A DNA stretch of 35,575 nt from a virus (Duplodnaviria; Caudoviricetes): positions 1 through 35,575 of IMG/VR virus record IMGVR_UViG_3300032274_000028. The stretch is one strand, 5' to 3'. Below, one piece after another: positions 34,240-35,575 of the stretch (positions are counted from its first letter, which is position 1; each line of letters begins with the position of its first letter). The notes beneath the pieces were generated by a model that made no database searches, had not been told where the DNA came from, and was given only the letters and a program-made list of their open reading frames with translations. A program made the position numbers and the translations under genes.

Positions 34240-34496
34240 TGAGGAAGGTAGTAGGCATCAAGTCGCGGGACATGGCGGACACGCTGGCCTCGTTTCGGAA
34301 CCCGCCGGATGACGACGTGGAGCCGATGAGCCTTGCGGCGTTCCTGGATGCACGGTGGGCGTTGAACGACCTGCATTGGTGCGCGATGGTCCATGACTGG
34401 ATGGACGTGGCGACAGCGCCCACGAAGGCCCAGCGTGCAGCACGTGAGAGGAAGAACCGCAAGCGCATCAGGCGCAGCAAGAGGGGCTGGCGATGA
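34239..34496 (+). CDS. hypothetical protein, basic C-terminus (85 aa)
   Basis: TGATG/ATGA coupling. Confidence 0.55.
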   Translation: MRKVVGIKSRDMADTLASFRNPPDDDVEPMSLAAFLDARWALNDLHWCAMVHDWMDVATAPTKAQRAARERKNRKRIRRSKRGWR

Positions 34497-34678
34497 GGCG
34501 TGCAAGGCTGACCATCAACAACACTGGCCTCGAATTCGACCGGGACTACGGGTGTGACCACCGCACAGGATGGACGGCACTGGTGGGCGGCCGGGTGATG
34601 GAGCCTCAACTCACGTCGTTGTGGCGTGCTGTGAAGGCCCTTGCGGCCGGGCTCTGGCGTCGTGGTGCGGACGAATGA
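34493..34678 (+). CDS. hypothetical protein (61 aa)
   Basis: ATGA coupling. Confidence 0.55.
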   Translation: MRRARLTINNTGLEFDRDYGCDHRTGWTALVGGRVMEPQLTSLWRAVKALAAGLWRRGADE

Positions 34679-34791
34679 CCGCCGCCCATCTAGACATCGC
34701 AGCGTTGGCGAACATCGCCTTGGCTGCTGTGATCGTGGGTTGGCATGGTGTGGATTTACTTGTGCTCATGTGGGCATGGAGAGGTGAGTGA
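34675..34791 (+). CDS. small hydrophobic peptide (38 aa)
   Basis: ATGA/TGATG coupling; TM-like. Confidence 0.5.
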   Translation: MTAAHLDIAALANIALAAVIVGWHGVDLLVLMWAWRGE

Positions 34792-35060
34792 TGGAAGCCA
34801 TTTGGAAGTACAAGCTAGAGCCAGGGCGCAACGTGTTGATGATGCCGAGAGGCGCAAAGATGCTGTATGCGCGAGAGCAAGCCGGGGATGCGTGCGTGTG
34901 GGCGATGGTGCTCACGGCGGCCGTCCAGGTGGAGCGCGTCGTGTACGTGGTTGGCACCGGCCACCCAGTAGACGGTGGGTCGCTAGGCCGAAGCCTCGGA
35001 TGCGTGCACCTCGCTGGCGGCGCGTTGGTGTTCCACGTGTTTGAAGCGAGGGGTGAGTGA
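34791..35060 (+). CDS. conserved phage protein (DUF7352-like)
   Basis: IWKYKL...MPRGAKML...VWAMV...VGTGHP...LVFHVFE. Confidence 0.7.
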   Translation: MEAIWKYKLEPGRNVLMMPRGAKMLYAREQAGDACVWAMVLTAAVQVERVVYVVGTGHPVDGGSLGRSLGCVHLAGGALVFHVFEARGE

Positions 35061-35491
35061 TGGACCTGCAAAGCGTGACGATTGTGATGGTTGGGACGGA
35101 CGGTGATCGGATGACTGTGGAGGTGCAGGACCCGGCCCTAGGCTCAACGATGAGGGAGCTCCTCGCGAGCGTGCTTGGCGACGGGGTGTACGACCAAGTT
35201 GGCAGCAGCCTTCGCATGACGACCGAGCCAGCCAAAGTGGACGGCCTGGGCGTGGCACTGTCCAGACACTACGACGAGGGCGGGCGACAGCCTGACGATC
35301 CCAAGGCCAACCCCTGGCGCGACCATGATGGCCAGGCCCCGCCTGTTGGCGACGACGTGGTGGTCGAGTTGGAGTTTCGGGACGGCAGCAAGGACGTGGG
35401 CTCCTGCTGGCACTGGCTGTGGTCCGAGGATGAACCATCCGGGTCAGACATCGTTCGATGGAGGCCGGATTCGAGCGAGGATTCGGGGTGA
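35060..35491 (+). CDS. hypothetical protein
   Basis: Coupled ORF; C-terminal V.LEFRDG...W.W...DIVRWR phage-type motif. Confidence 0.65.
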   Translation: MDLQSVTIVMVGTDGDRMTVEVQDPALGSTMRELLASVLGDGVYDQVGSSLRMTTEPAKVDGLGVALSRHYDEGGRQPDDPKANPWRDHDGQAPPVGDDVVVELEFRDGSKDVGSCWHWLWSEDEPSGSDIVRWRPDSSEDSG

Positions 35492-35575
35492 ATCATTTTT
35501 GATGCGCGGGATTTTCGAGGGAGGAACGGAACAAGTCGCGTGTCCCTGGAAACTTTTGGGTAGGCGAGGTTTTAT

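Overview
This window looks like a complete or nearly complete ~35.6 kb, high-GC tailed phage genome with siphovirus-like gene order. From ~2.4 to 18.7 kb (+) it carries terminase small and large subunits, portal, scaffold, major capsid, neck, tail tube, tape measure and two large tail proteins, then a tRNA-Phe(GAA). A leftward early block (20.1-25.3 kb) encodes a Holliday junction resolvase-like nuclease, a DEDD exonuclease, an Erf annealase and a stand-alone FtsK-gamma domain. Two paralogous XRE regulators, an iteron-containing replication initiator and DnaB follow. Scattered lysis and membrane genes, an Amidase_3 endolysin and many small hypotheticals fill the right end. No integrase, partition system, DNA polymerase, reverse transcriptase or CRISPR array is visible. 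The most unusual signals are non-coding: (i) several hairpins presenting anti-Shine-Dalgarno loops, one with a 14-nt perfect complement to the RBS of a specific phage gene; (ii) a recurrent GCGNG(T)TAnnnT promoter-like motif in front of dispersed late genes; (iii) a structured capsid leader; (iv) a stand-alone FtsK-gamma protein as first gene of the most consensus-like sigma70 promoter. All functional calls come from motif recognition and synteny by eye; no database search was run.
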